This document shows positions 43,656 to 51,979 of a DNA stretch of 64,000 bases, one piece after another. A program made the translations under genes and the position numbers. The stretch covers positions 3,456,001 through 3,520,000 of the forward strand of contig OY759746.1 of the NCBI GenBank assembly GCA_963662795.1, given 5' to 3'. Origin of the DNA: Spirochaetia bacterium (GTDB lineage Bacteria > Spirochaetota > Spirochaetia > CADAEX01). Every line of letters starts with the position of its first letter. Positions within the stretch are counted from its first letter, which is position 1. Below the pieces are notes generated by a model that saw only the letters and a list, made by a program, of their open reading frames with translations, made no database searches and had not been told where the DNA came from.

Positions 43656-43678
43656 TATGAAAATTTACTGCAATCAAT

Positions 43679-45229
43679 TTATTCCCATTCGATAGTAGCA
43701 GGAGGTTTGCTGGATATATCATAGACAACCCTGCCAATCCCGGGCAGTGAATTTGTAATAAGAGACGATATTTCAAGCAAGTCCTTCATCGGCATGGGAA
43801 ATACATCCGCAGTCATACCGTCCCTGGACGTTACAGCTCTTAACGCAAGAACCTGTCCGTATTTTCTCGAGTCGCCCCCCACGCCTACAGATCTGACAGG
43901 CAATAGAACAGAAAAAGCCTGCCAGATTTTTTCATACAATTCTCTTTTTTTAAGTTCAGAAATATAAATATAATCTGCATCTCTTAAAAGATTGCAGTTA
44001 TCTTCTGTAACATCTCCGATTATTCTAACTGCAAGCCCCGGCCCCGGAAAAGGATGTCTGTGAATAATTTCATTTTCAAGTCCTGCAATTTTACCCAGTT
44101 CCCTTACTTCATCCTTATAAAGCCGGTCAAGAGGTTCAATAATTTCCCCTCTTTTCCTTTTTTCCTCAACTAAAGGAGATTTTACATTATGATGAGACTT
44201 GATTACATGAGCCTTGTTTCCAACTCCTTTCCCTGATTCAATCAAATCGGTATAAAGCGTTCCCTGAGCGAGAAGAGCATCTTCCGGTATTCCCAGTCTG
44301 CTTATCTCCTCCTGCTGTATTTTCATAAATAAATCACCGATTATTTTCCGTTTTGTTTCAGGGTCATCAATACCTTTAAGCGCTTTTAAAAATATACTTG
44401 ATGCATCTATGAGATGCAGATTTTCTGCTCCAAGTTTTTTAAGATTTTTTTCTACTTCAGCTGATTCATATTTTCTCATCAGTCCGGTATCAATATACAT
44501 GAGATGTATTTTTGCAGGGTCTATGGAATTAAGCAAAAGGGCCGCAACTACGGCAGAGTCGACACCGCCGGATATCAGAAGCAGTACATCACGTCCTGCT
44601 GTCTGGTTTATAATCCGTTCTTTGGCTGTTTCAAAATATATTTCCATATTCCATTCTTTTTTTGCACCGCATATCTGTGAAGCAAAATTATCCAGAATCC
44701 GGGAGCCAAATTCGCAATGCGAGACTTCCGGATGGAATTGAATACCGAAAATATTTAATTCTTTATTGACTACTGCTGCGGTGTGGTGCTCAGATACAGC
44801 TATTTTCTTAAATCCCTCTCCCGGTTTTTCCATGCTGTCGCCGTGGCTCATCCATGAAATAAAATATTCGGGAACATCTTTAAAGAGAGGAGATTCTTCC
44901 AGATATTTTACAGCAGATCTCCCGTATTCTTTTTTTTCAAGAGGGCTTACAAGACCGTTAAAGTCTGCTGTAATTCTTTGAAATCCATAGCAAATTCCCA
45001 GAATTGGTATTCCCATGCTGTAATATTTTTTATCAACCAAAGGGGCGCCGGCATCATAAACAGATTCAGGAGAACCTGAAAAAATAATTCCTTTAAGGCC
45101 TGTAGTAGATATACTGTCAGCCTTAGTTTCTCCAGGCAATACTTCGCAGTAAATCCCGGTTTCCCTTATCCTTCTTGAAATAAGCTGAGATGTCTGACTT
45201 CCAAAATCCAGTACAATTATTTTGTCCAT
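43679..45229 (-). CDS. guaA: GMP synthase (glutamine-hydrolysing)
   Basis: LDFGSQ, GICYG, QFHPEV, SGGVDS, IKSHHN, KPPATIEWE. Confidence 0.98.
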   Translation of the reverse strand: MDKIIVLDFGSQTSQLISRRIRETGIYCEVLPGETKADSISTTGLKGIIFSGSPESVYDAGAPLVDKKYYSMGIPILGICYGFQRITADFNGLVSPLEKKEYGRSAVKYLEESPLFKDVPEYFISWMSHGDSMEKPGEGFKKIAVSEHHTAAVVNKELNIFGIQFHPEVSHCEFGSRILDNFASQICGAKKEWNMEIYFETAKERIINQTAGRDVLLLISGGVDSAVVAALLLNSIDPAKIHLMYIDTGLMRKYESAEVEKNLKKLGAENLHLIDASSIFLKALKGIDDPETKRKIIGDLFMKIQQEEISRLGIPEDALLAQGTLYTDLIESGKGVGNKAHVIKSHHNVKSPLVEEKRKRGEIIEPLDRLYKDEVRELGKIAGLENEIIHRHPFPGPGLAVRIIGDVTEDNCNLLRDADYIYISELKKRELYEKIWQAFSVLLPVRSVGVGGDSRKYGQVLALRAVTSRDGMTADVFPMPMKDLLEISSLITNSLPGIGRVVYDISSKPPATIEWE

Positions 45230-46443
45230 ATATCCTTTCTTATCATTGTTTCGCTTCTCTGGTATCCCACAGAAATAATATCAACAGAAACTCCTGTAAA
45301 ATTTTCAATGAATTCTATATATTCTTTCGAAGCCGCAGGCAGATCGCTGTATTTTTTTATATCAGTAAGCTTTGTATTCCATCCTTTAAAGCTTTTAAAA
45401 ACAGGTTTTGCATTTTCAAGAGCGGTAATTGAGGATGGAAAAGCTGTAATTTCTTTATTGTTTAAATTATATGCGACGCAGGCCTTAATATCTTCCATTT
45501 CATCGTATATATCCAGATGAGTAAGGACAAGAGATGTTATTGAATTTGTATCGCAGATATACTTTAATGCCACAAGATCAAGAAAACCGCACCTCCGGGG
45601 ACGGCCTGTTGTAACTCCGTATTCCCTGCCGATTTCCCTTACCTTGTTTTCAAGTTCTCCTTCAATTTCAGGATTGAATTCTGTAGGAAAGGGTCCGTTT
45701 CCGACGCGGGTATTGTAGGCTTTAAAAACACCAAGAATTCTGTCTATGCTTTTGGGTCCAATTGCTCCTCCTGTACAGGCTCCTGCAGCTGAAGATGAGC
45801 CTGATGAAACATAGGGATAGGTTCCAAGATCCAGATCCAGAAGAGACCCCTGAGCCCCTTCAAAAAGCTTTTTTTTATCCTTGCTGTGAGCTATAAAATC
45901 TGCAAGATCAATCATCATCGGGAAAAGTTTTTCTTTATATTTTTCAATAAAATCCTTTTCATCTTTCTTTAGTGTTTTATAAACTTCATTATCAAATATA
46001 TCTATCAGGCGGATACCGTCCCTGTGTGATTTCAAGGCGTATGCTACACCTATACCGCGCCCCGTAGTACCAATAGGATTCCTCCTAGTCTTCTCCATTT
46101 CAATATCAAGTTTTTTGTATGAAGGAAAAACAAGGTGGGCCCTGTCAGATATAAAAATTCTCCCTTTCCAGTTAACGCCCTGTTTTTCAAGGGTATCGAG
46201 TTCGCTGAACAGTGATTCAATATCTATTACCATTCCTGTTCCCAGAACCACCTTTTTTTCAGGATATACTATTCCGGAAGGTACAAGATGGAGCTTGTAA
46301 GTAATGTCATCATGAACAATTGTATGTCCTGCATTGGCTCCGCCTGAGAACCTAACGACAATTTCAGCATTTTCAGCCAGATAATCAACAATTTTGCCTT
46401 TCCCTTCGTCACCCCATTGAGCACCTATCACTACTAAATTCAT
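45217..46443 (-). CDS. purA: Adenylosuccinate synthetase
   Basis: QWGDEGKGK, GGANAGHT, EGAQG, GVTTGRPRRCG. Confidence 0.98.
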   Translation of the reverse strand: MNLVVIGAQWGDEGKGKIVDYLAENAEIVVRFSGGANAGHTIVHDDITYKLHLVPSGIVYPEKKVVLGTGMVIDIESLFSELDTLEKQGVNWKGRIFISDRAHLVFPSYKKLDIEMEKTRRNPIGTTGRGIGVAYALKSHRDGIRLIDIFDNEVYKTLKKDEKDFIEKYKEKLFPMMIDLADFIAHSKDKKKLFEGAQGSLLDLDLGTYPYVSSGSSSAAGACTGGAIGPKSIDRILGVFKAYNTRVGNGPFPTEFNPEIEGELENKVREIGREYGVTTGRPRRCGFLDLVALKYICDTNSITSLVLTHLDIYDEMEDIKACVAYNLNNKEITAFPSSITALENAKPVFKSFKGWNTKLTDIKKYSDLPAASKEYIEFIENFTGVSVDIISVGYQRSETMIRKDIWTK

Positions 46444-46452
46444 TTAAAACCC

Positions 46453-47898
46453 CTATTTTGTATAATTTGGTGATTCTTTTGTAATAAAAACATCATGGAC
46501 ATGACTTTCCTTGAGTCCGGCTGCAGTTATCTTCATGAAATTTTTATAATTTTTCAATTCACTAATATCTTTACATCCGCAATATGCCATTCCCTTTCTC
46601 AAACCAGTTACCAGTTGAGCAAGAAATGGTTTTAATTCGCCTTTATACGGCACCCGTCCTTCAATTCCCTCAGGTACAGGATCTTCCCCTTCAGCCATTC
46701 TGTATCTGTCGCCTGATCCGTCATTTATGGCGCCGATTGACCCCATTCCCCTGTATTCCTTGAATATCCTTCCTTCATAGATAACCTCTTTCCCCGGCGC
46801 TTCCTTTAAACCTGCGAAGAGGTTTCCTATCATTACAATATCCGCACCGGCGCCGATTGCCTTTGTAATATCACCCGAATACTTGATACCGCCGTCGGCA
46901 ATAACAGGAATTCCAGCCTTGTCAGCTTCTTCAGCACAGTCCATAACAGCTGTAAACTGGGGTACACCGATACCGGCGACAATTCTGGTTGTGCAGATTG
47001 AACCTGGACCAATACCTACTTTTATGCAATCTGCGCCTGCATCTATCAGTCTTTTAGTTGCCCCGGCTGTTGCGGCATTGCCTCCAATTACAGGAATATT
47101 ATATCTTTTCTTGATATCATATACAGCATCAATAACGCTTTTTGTATCACCGCTTGCAGTATCCATTACAACAAAGTCAACCTTCTTATCAAGAAGCAGA
47201 GGGATCCTTTTATTATAATCAACAGGAGATATGGCAGCCCCTACTATAAGTCTTCCAAGAGCGTCCAGAGAGGCACTGGGATGACTTTTTTTCTTATCCA
47301 TATCCTTGTATGTTACAAGACCTTTTACATAACCGTCCTGATCAATGATAGGCAGCTTTTCTATCTTGTATTTGTCGAATTTTTCTCTTGCGCTTGCGAC
47401 AGTGGGAATGCCGATTTCTGATACAGGATTTCTGGTCATTACATTTTTTACAAGCAGAGAATTATCATCACAAAACCTCAAATCCCTTGAAGTTATTATT
47501 CCGCATAGTTTTTGATTAACATCAATTACAGGTATACCTGTGGCATTATAAGCTGCCATTATTTTTTTGATTGTGCCGATGGTGGTTTCTTCTGTAACAG
47601 TCTGCGGGTCCTGTATTACCCAGTTTAAAAATCTCTTTACCTTGCCAACTTCATCTGCCTGAATTTCCGGCAGATAGTTCCGGTGTATTACCCCGACCCC
47701 TCCTTCAAGCGCAATTCCAATGGCAAGGGTGGCATCTGTAACACTGTCCATTGCGGCAGAAATAATTGGCACATTTAAATATATATCTCCAGCCAGTCTT
47801 GATTTTACGCTCACATCCCCCGGTGAAACTTCTGAATAAGCTGGCAGAAATAAGATATCATCATAACTAAGTCCTTCTTTCATGGGTAGATTATCCAT
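46453..47898 (-). CDS. guaB: IMP dehydrogenase (with CBS domains)
   Basis: SAAMDSVT, KVGIGPGSICTTR, ADGGIK, YRGMGS, PEGIEG. Confidence 0.97.
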   Translation of the reverse strand: MDNLPMKEGLSYDDILFLPAYSEVSPGDVSVKSRLAGDIYLNVPIISAAMDSVTDATLAIGIALEGGVGVIHRNYLPEIQADEVGKVKRFLNWVIQDPQTVTEETTIGTIKKIMAAYNATGIPVIDVNQKLCGIITSRDLRFCDDNSLLVKNVMTRNPVSEIGIPTVASAREKFDKYKIEKLPIIDQDGYVKGLVTYKDMDKKKSHPSASLDALGRLIVGAAISPVDYNKRIPLLLDKKVDFVVMDTASGDTKSVIDAVYDIKKRYNIPVIGGNAATAGATKRLIDAGADCIKVGIGPGSICTTRIVAGIGVPQFTAVMDCAEEADKAGIPVIADGGIKYSGDITKAIGAGADIVMIGNLFAGLKEAPGKEVIYEGRIFKEYRGMGSIGAINDGSGDRYRMAEGEDPVPEGIEGRVPYKGELKPFLAQLVTGLRKGMAYCGCKDISELKNYKNFMKITAAGLKESHVHDVFITKESPNYTK

Positions 47899-49327
47899 TC
47901 ATTTTCTCCTTCAATACGAGCATTTCCCTCTGATATTTTTCAGCCAGTGATTTTGCTATGTTCACTGACTGACCTCTATATAGTTCAGGGTTGTCAAAAA
48001 AATCAGATGCATCAAGGCCTGTAGTCTTATTAAGCTGATTTGCAACCTTTTCCCATACTTCTTTGTCTTTCTTTAAAAGCGAAGATAATTTTTCTCCCTT
48101 TTTTTCGCATTCAAGCGTAATTTTCCTGATTTTCTCATGTGCATCAGGTTCACCTGAACAGGAAAGAAGAATATAAGCAGCTTCAGCCAGAACAAGATCA
48201 CCTGTCAATACAAGATTGTCCTTCATCTTTTTTTTATCAACATATAAAGTTGATAAGACTTTTCTGATTCTGTTTAATGCTGCTGCAAATCCGGCTATAT
48301 AATCTGCCACAAATCTTGAAGAGGCCGAATTTGAAAGATCCCTCTGATGTTCTGAAATCTGGTCCATGTAAAAAGTAATTACCCTTGGACAGAATGCTTT
48401 CCACAAACTTTTAACATGCTCACTGTTCCATGGATTTCTCTTTTGCGGCATTGTAGATGAGCCCACCTGTGTTTCTGTAAACATTTCCCTTATCTCTGTT
48501 ATTTCAGATCTCTGAAGATGACGAAGGTCATCTGCCAGGTTAGCTATAATGCCGAATGCTGTGTTCATTTCAAGCAGAAGCCGCAGCAGATATTCCGGTT
48601 CAATCAGCTGGGTTGAATGTTCCGACGGTTTAAGTGAAAGATAAGAGAGGGTCTCTTCTTCCATTTTGACGGGATCTTTGACTATCAGCGATGTTGAATT
48701 ATATGCACCTACGGCGCCTGCCAGTTTTCCCCTGAGATCATCAGAGGCCTCTTTTATTTTAATTATTGATTTGCCCAGTCTTGAAACATATTCCGAAATT
48801 GCAAATCCGAAAGTAATCGGCACAGCATGCTGACCGTGCGTTCTTCCTACCTGAGGAGTCCCGGCTTCCGTATCAGCAATTTTTATAAGTATTTCCTCAA
48901 TTTCCATAAGCAGCCTGAGAAGAACATTCCTTGTTGCATCACGCATTTTAAGTGATGTCGCTGTATCCAGTATATCAACAGATGTAGCTCCAAGGTGAAC
49001 ATAGGGTTTGATACTGTCTGATATATGCTCTTTTATAACATTCACCAGTGCCCTTATATTATGCTGGGTCTTTTCCTCTTCTTCATATACTTTTGCCGGA
49101 TCAATAGTATTTTCAAGAGATTCTGCTTCTTTTATCAATTCTTCGCAGTCATCATGATTATTCATGATTATGTGTGTTTTTAATAAGGCGGCTTCCACTT
49201 TTACACAATATTTTATGGATGCTTCTTCCGAGAGATAATTACTCAACTCTTCAAAAAGCTCTTTATTTGATAAAAAATACCTGTGATCAAGAGGAGAGAT
49301 GTTTAGAAAAATATTTCTGGTTATCAT
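47891..49327 (-). CDS. purB: Adenylosuccinate lyase
   Basis: ISPLDHRY, HLGATSVD, GRTHGQHA, GSSTMPQKRNP, EHQRDL. Confidence 0.94.
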   Translation of the reverse strand: MITRNIFLNISPLDHRYFLSNKELFEELSNYLSEEASIKYCVKVEAALLKTHIIMNNHDDCEELIKEAESLENTIDPAKVYEEEEKTQHNIRALVNVIKEHISDSIKPYVHLGATSVDILDTATSLKMRDATRNVLLRLLMEIEEILIKIADTEAGTPQVGRTHGQHAVPITFGFAISEYVSRLGKSIIKIKEASDDLRGKLAGAVGAYNSTSLIVKDPVKMEEETLSYLSLKPSEHSTQLIEPEYLLRLLLEMNTAFGIIANLADDLRHLQRSEITEIREMFTETQVGSSTMPQKRNPWNSEHVKSLWKAFCPRVITFYMDQISEHQRDLSNSASSRFVADYIAGFAAALNRIRKVLSTLYVDKKKMKDNLVLTGDLVLAEAAYILLSCSGEPDAHEKIRKITLECEKKGEKLSSLLKKDKEVWEKVANQLNKTTGLDASDFFDNPELYRGQSVNIAKSLAEKYQREMLVLKEKMNG

Positions 49328-49414
49328 ATGTAATATTTACAAAAAGAGAAGATTTTGTCAAACCTGTAAATTATTATCTTTCAAGTATTATAATTTTCTA
49401 TTACAATAATTATT

Positions 49415-51310
49415 GTGTCTGATAAGTATGGTTTACTGCTCTCCCAGGCAATAGAATATGGAGAAAAAAGAGAATACTCAAAAGCTGTTGAATTTTTACT
49501 GAAAATTGTTTCAGAAACCGATTCTTTGCCTGAAGCTTTTTTATTTCTGGGCAGAAGCTATCATGCTTTGGGAGAATATTACAAAGCAGTTCAGTCTTTC
49601 AAGATTTATCTTACATTTAAGAATAATTCAGCAAGGGGATACTTTTTTCTTGGAAGGACCTATCATTCTCTTGGTATTTATTCGAAAGCCCTGAAATGTT
49701 TTAAAAAAGCACTGGAAATTGCACCCGATAACCCGGAAGTTTTAAGCCTTACCGGAATGACCTACCTGAAGCTGAAAAAAGTTTCTGCTGCATTGAATTA
49801 TCTGGAACAGGCTGTGTTTGCGGCAACTGAAAATAAATCAATTTATAATGCGTATCTTAATGTTCTTTATTTAAAAGGAATTAAAGATTTCTATACAGGA
49901 AATAGTGATGAGGCAGAACAGATTTTTGAGTTTCTTATAAAAACAGAAAACAATCTCCCTTCGGTATTACTGCACCTTGCTTCTGTCAAAAAGGAAAAAG
50001 GAGAAATTGCACAGTCGCTGGATCTTTACACAAAAGTCATTAATGAAAATCCTGAGGATCATTTATTAAAAATGCATATTATCCCTCTTTTGATCCAGGT
50101 GGGAAGAACAGATGAAGCAGCTAAAATCATTTTTGAACTAACCAGCAAAAAAATACAGATAGATGATCAATACCTTAATGAAATCGATATAAACAGGATT
50201 ATTGCCATAGAAAATTACAGCAGGGGAAAATATAAAAACGCTGTATTTTACGCAAAAAAAGTATTGAAGGAAAACAATTATGATAATGAAATGCACCTTC
50301 TCATGGGGGAAGCATTCAGAGTAACTGATAATCTGGATAAAGCAGAAAATCACTTCAGACTTGTAATAAAGCGTGATGAAGCAAAAATAGAGGCAGTTTA
50401 CGGGGTAATACTGGTTTTATGGGTACAGGAGAGGTATAAAGAACTTTTTGAAGAGCTCTCAAGAGGAAAACGCCATTTTCCTTCAGATGAAATTATTGAT
50501 TATTATTATGCTTTAACTGCCGGAAAGCTCTATTATGACCCCGAACAGACAATTGCCCTTCTGGTGTCTGTGGCAGAAAAGAATGACCCGGACCCTTATC
50601 TATCAGAAGCTTTGGGAGAGCAGTATCTTCGTCTTTCAAAACCTGATATTGCAGAAAACTATTTTAAAAAAGCTATTGAACTTGGAGAAACCCTGGCTTC
50701 TGCCTACATCGGGCTTATCAAGACTTATCATCTCCTTGGTAAAAAAAACAAGATCGGAGGTATATTCCGCAGTTATCTGACCCATTTTCCAGAAGACAAC
50801 AGGATAAGAAAATATTATATCAATCATCTGTATATGACTGGAAATTTTAAAAAAACAGCCAAAGAAATTGAAAAATATGCGACAGGTAATGATTCTGACA
50901 TGACTACAGAAAGACTTCTGGCCAGATGCTACCTGAATACAGGTGATTACCAGAAAGCAATGATATTATACAGGCAACTTCTCCGTGAAAATCCCGGTGA
51001 TGACAAGTATTTATTATCCTACGTTTACTGTCTTGACAAGCTTTCAGAAACAGAAAATGCAATCAGTCTTCTTGTAAAGTCAAGAAAATATTTTAATAAT
51101 AATATATCTATTGAACTTACGATTGGAGTACTTTCAGCCCGTCTGAACAAGGAGGAGGAAGCGTTAAATGCATTTAAAAAAGCGCTTGAAATCAACGAAA
51201 AGGAATGGAGGGCATACTACAATATTTCGAGGATATATGATAAACAGGGTTTAACTGAATTTGCTCTCAAATTCAGAACTCGCGCAGAACAACTTAAAAA
51301 AAGTACTTGA
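49415..51310 (+). CDS. Tetratricopeptide repeat protein
   Basis: Multiple TPR motifs (AFLFLGRSYHALG, GYFFLGRTYHSLG, AYYNISRIY). Confidence 0.85.
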   Translation: MSDKYGLLLSQAIEYGEKREYSKAVEFLLKIVSETDSLPEAFLFLGRSYHALGEYYKAVQSFKIYLTFKNNSARGYFFLGRTYHSLGIYSKALKCFKKALEIAPDNPEVLSLTGMTYLKLKKVSAALNYLEQAVFAATENKSIYNAYLNVLYLKGIKDFYTGNSDEAEQIFEFLIKTENNLPSVLLHLASVKKEKGEIAQSLDLYTKVINENPEDHLLKMHIIPLLIQVGRTDEAAKIIFELTSKKIQIDDQYLNEIDINRIIAIENYSRGKYKNAVFYAKKVLKENNYDNEMHLLMGEAFRVTDNLDKAENHFRLVIKRDEAKIEAVYGVILVLWVQERYKELFEELSRGKRHFPSDEIIDYYYALTAGKLYYDPEQTIALLVSVAEKNDPDPYLSEALGEQYLRLSKPDIAENYFKKAIELGETLASAYIGLIKTYHLLGKKNKIGGIFRSYLTHFPEDNRIRKYYINHLYMTGNFKKTAKEIEKYATGNDSDMTTERLLARCYLNTGDYQKAMILYRQLLRENPGDDKYLLSYVYCLDKLSETENAISLLVKSRKYFNNNISIELTIGVLSARLNKEEEALNAFKKALEINEKEWRAYYNISRIYDKQGLTEFALKFRTRAEQLKKST

Positions 51311-51349
51311 TATTTTTTATTTCAATGCAATAATAATTAACAGGAGGAC

Positions 51350-51904
51350 ATGATGAACCAGCCAATAGCTTTAGATCTTTTCCAGGCTTACAATGAAAGT
51401 AAAATGCCTGATAAAGGCGGATATATAGTCTCATCGTTTTTTAATCAGAATTCAACTTATTCAATATACGAAATTGTTGCTTATGATAATGTAAAAAGTA
51501 TTTATTTCAGTGAAACAAGTTTAACATTCCAGGCAGACGGCCATAAAGTATTCGTACTTGTCGAACCTGCAAACTATGCCCACAAATACCAGGAACCTTT
51601 TACAAGGGTAAAGGGTGAATCCATACCTCATCGTTTTTCTGAACTTGATATTGTAACAGCTAAAAATCAGACAAAAGTTATGGTAAGCAAAGAGCCAGTG
51701 GTTTCTTATTCTTCTTTTACTGTATTAAAGCCAACAGGAGTAAATTTTTCACTGATATTCTACCACCAGGAAAATATTCTTAAATCGCTTGAATTTTTCT
51801 TTACACAGACTCTTAACAAGGAAGCCGGCGTACCTTCTCTGGATACTAAAAAGTCTGCGAAAGCTGTAATAGAGGGATTGAAAAAGTTCAAACTCTGGAA
51901 ATAG
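51350..51904 (+). CDS. Hypothetical cytoplasmic protein
   Basis: 184-aa ORF with AGGAGG RBS and a downstream terminator; no recognised motif. Confidence 0.75.
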   Translation: MMNQPIALDLFQAYNESKMPDKGGYIVSSFFNQNSTYSIYEIVAYDNVKSIYFSETSLTFQADGHKVFVLVEPANYAHKYQEPFTRVKGESIPHRFSELDIVTAKNQTKVMVSKEPVVSYSSFTVLKPTGVNFSLIFYHQENILKSLEFFFTQTLNKEAGVPSLDTKKSAKAVIEGLKKFKLWK

Positions 51905-51929
51905 CAGGGATTAACAATATGTACTCACA

Positions 51930-51962
51930 AAATAAAGGCTGTCAAAACGACAGCCTTTATTT
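51930..51962. terminator. Bidirectional terminator between convergent genes
   Basis: 14-bp stem AAATAAAGGCTGTC-AAAAC-GACAGCCTTTATTT. Confidence 0.85.
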
Positions 51963-51979
51963 GTTTTCAAATTTACTTC

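Noticed and set aside
43240-43680. Possible genomic island integrated at the tmRNA 3' end
   Set aside because: No integrase and no duplicated ssrA 3' end (att repeat) seen; housekeeping genes resume within 450 nt.
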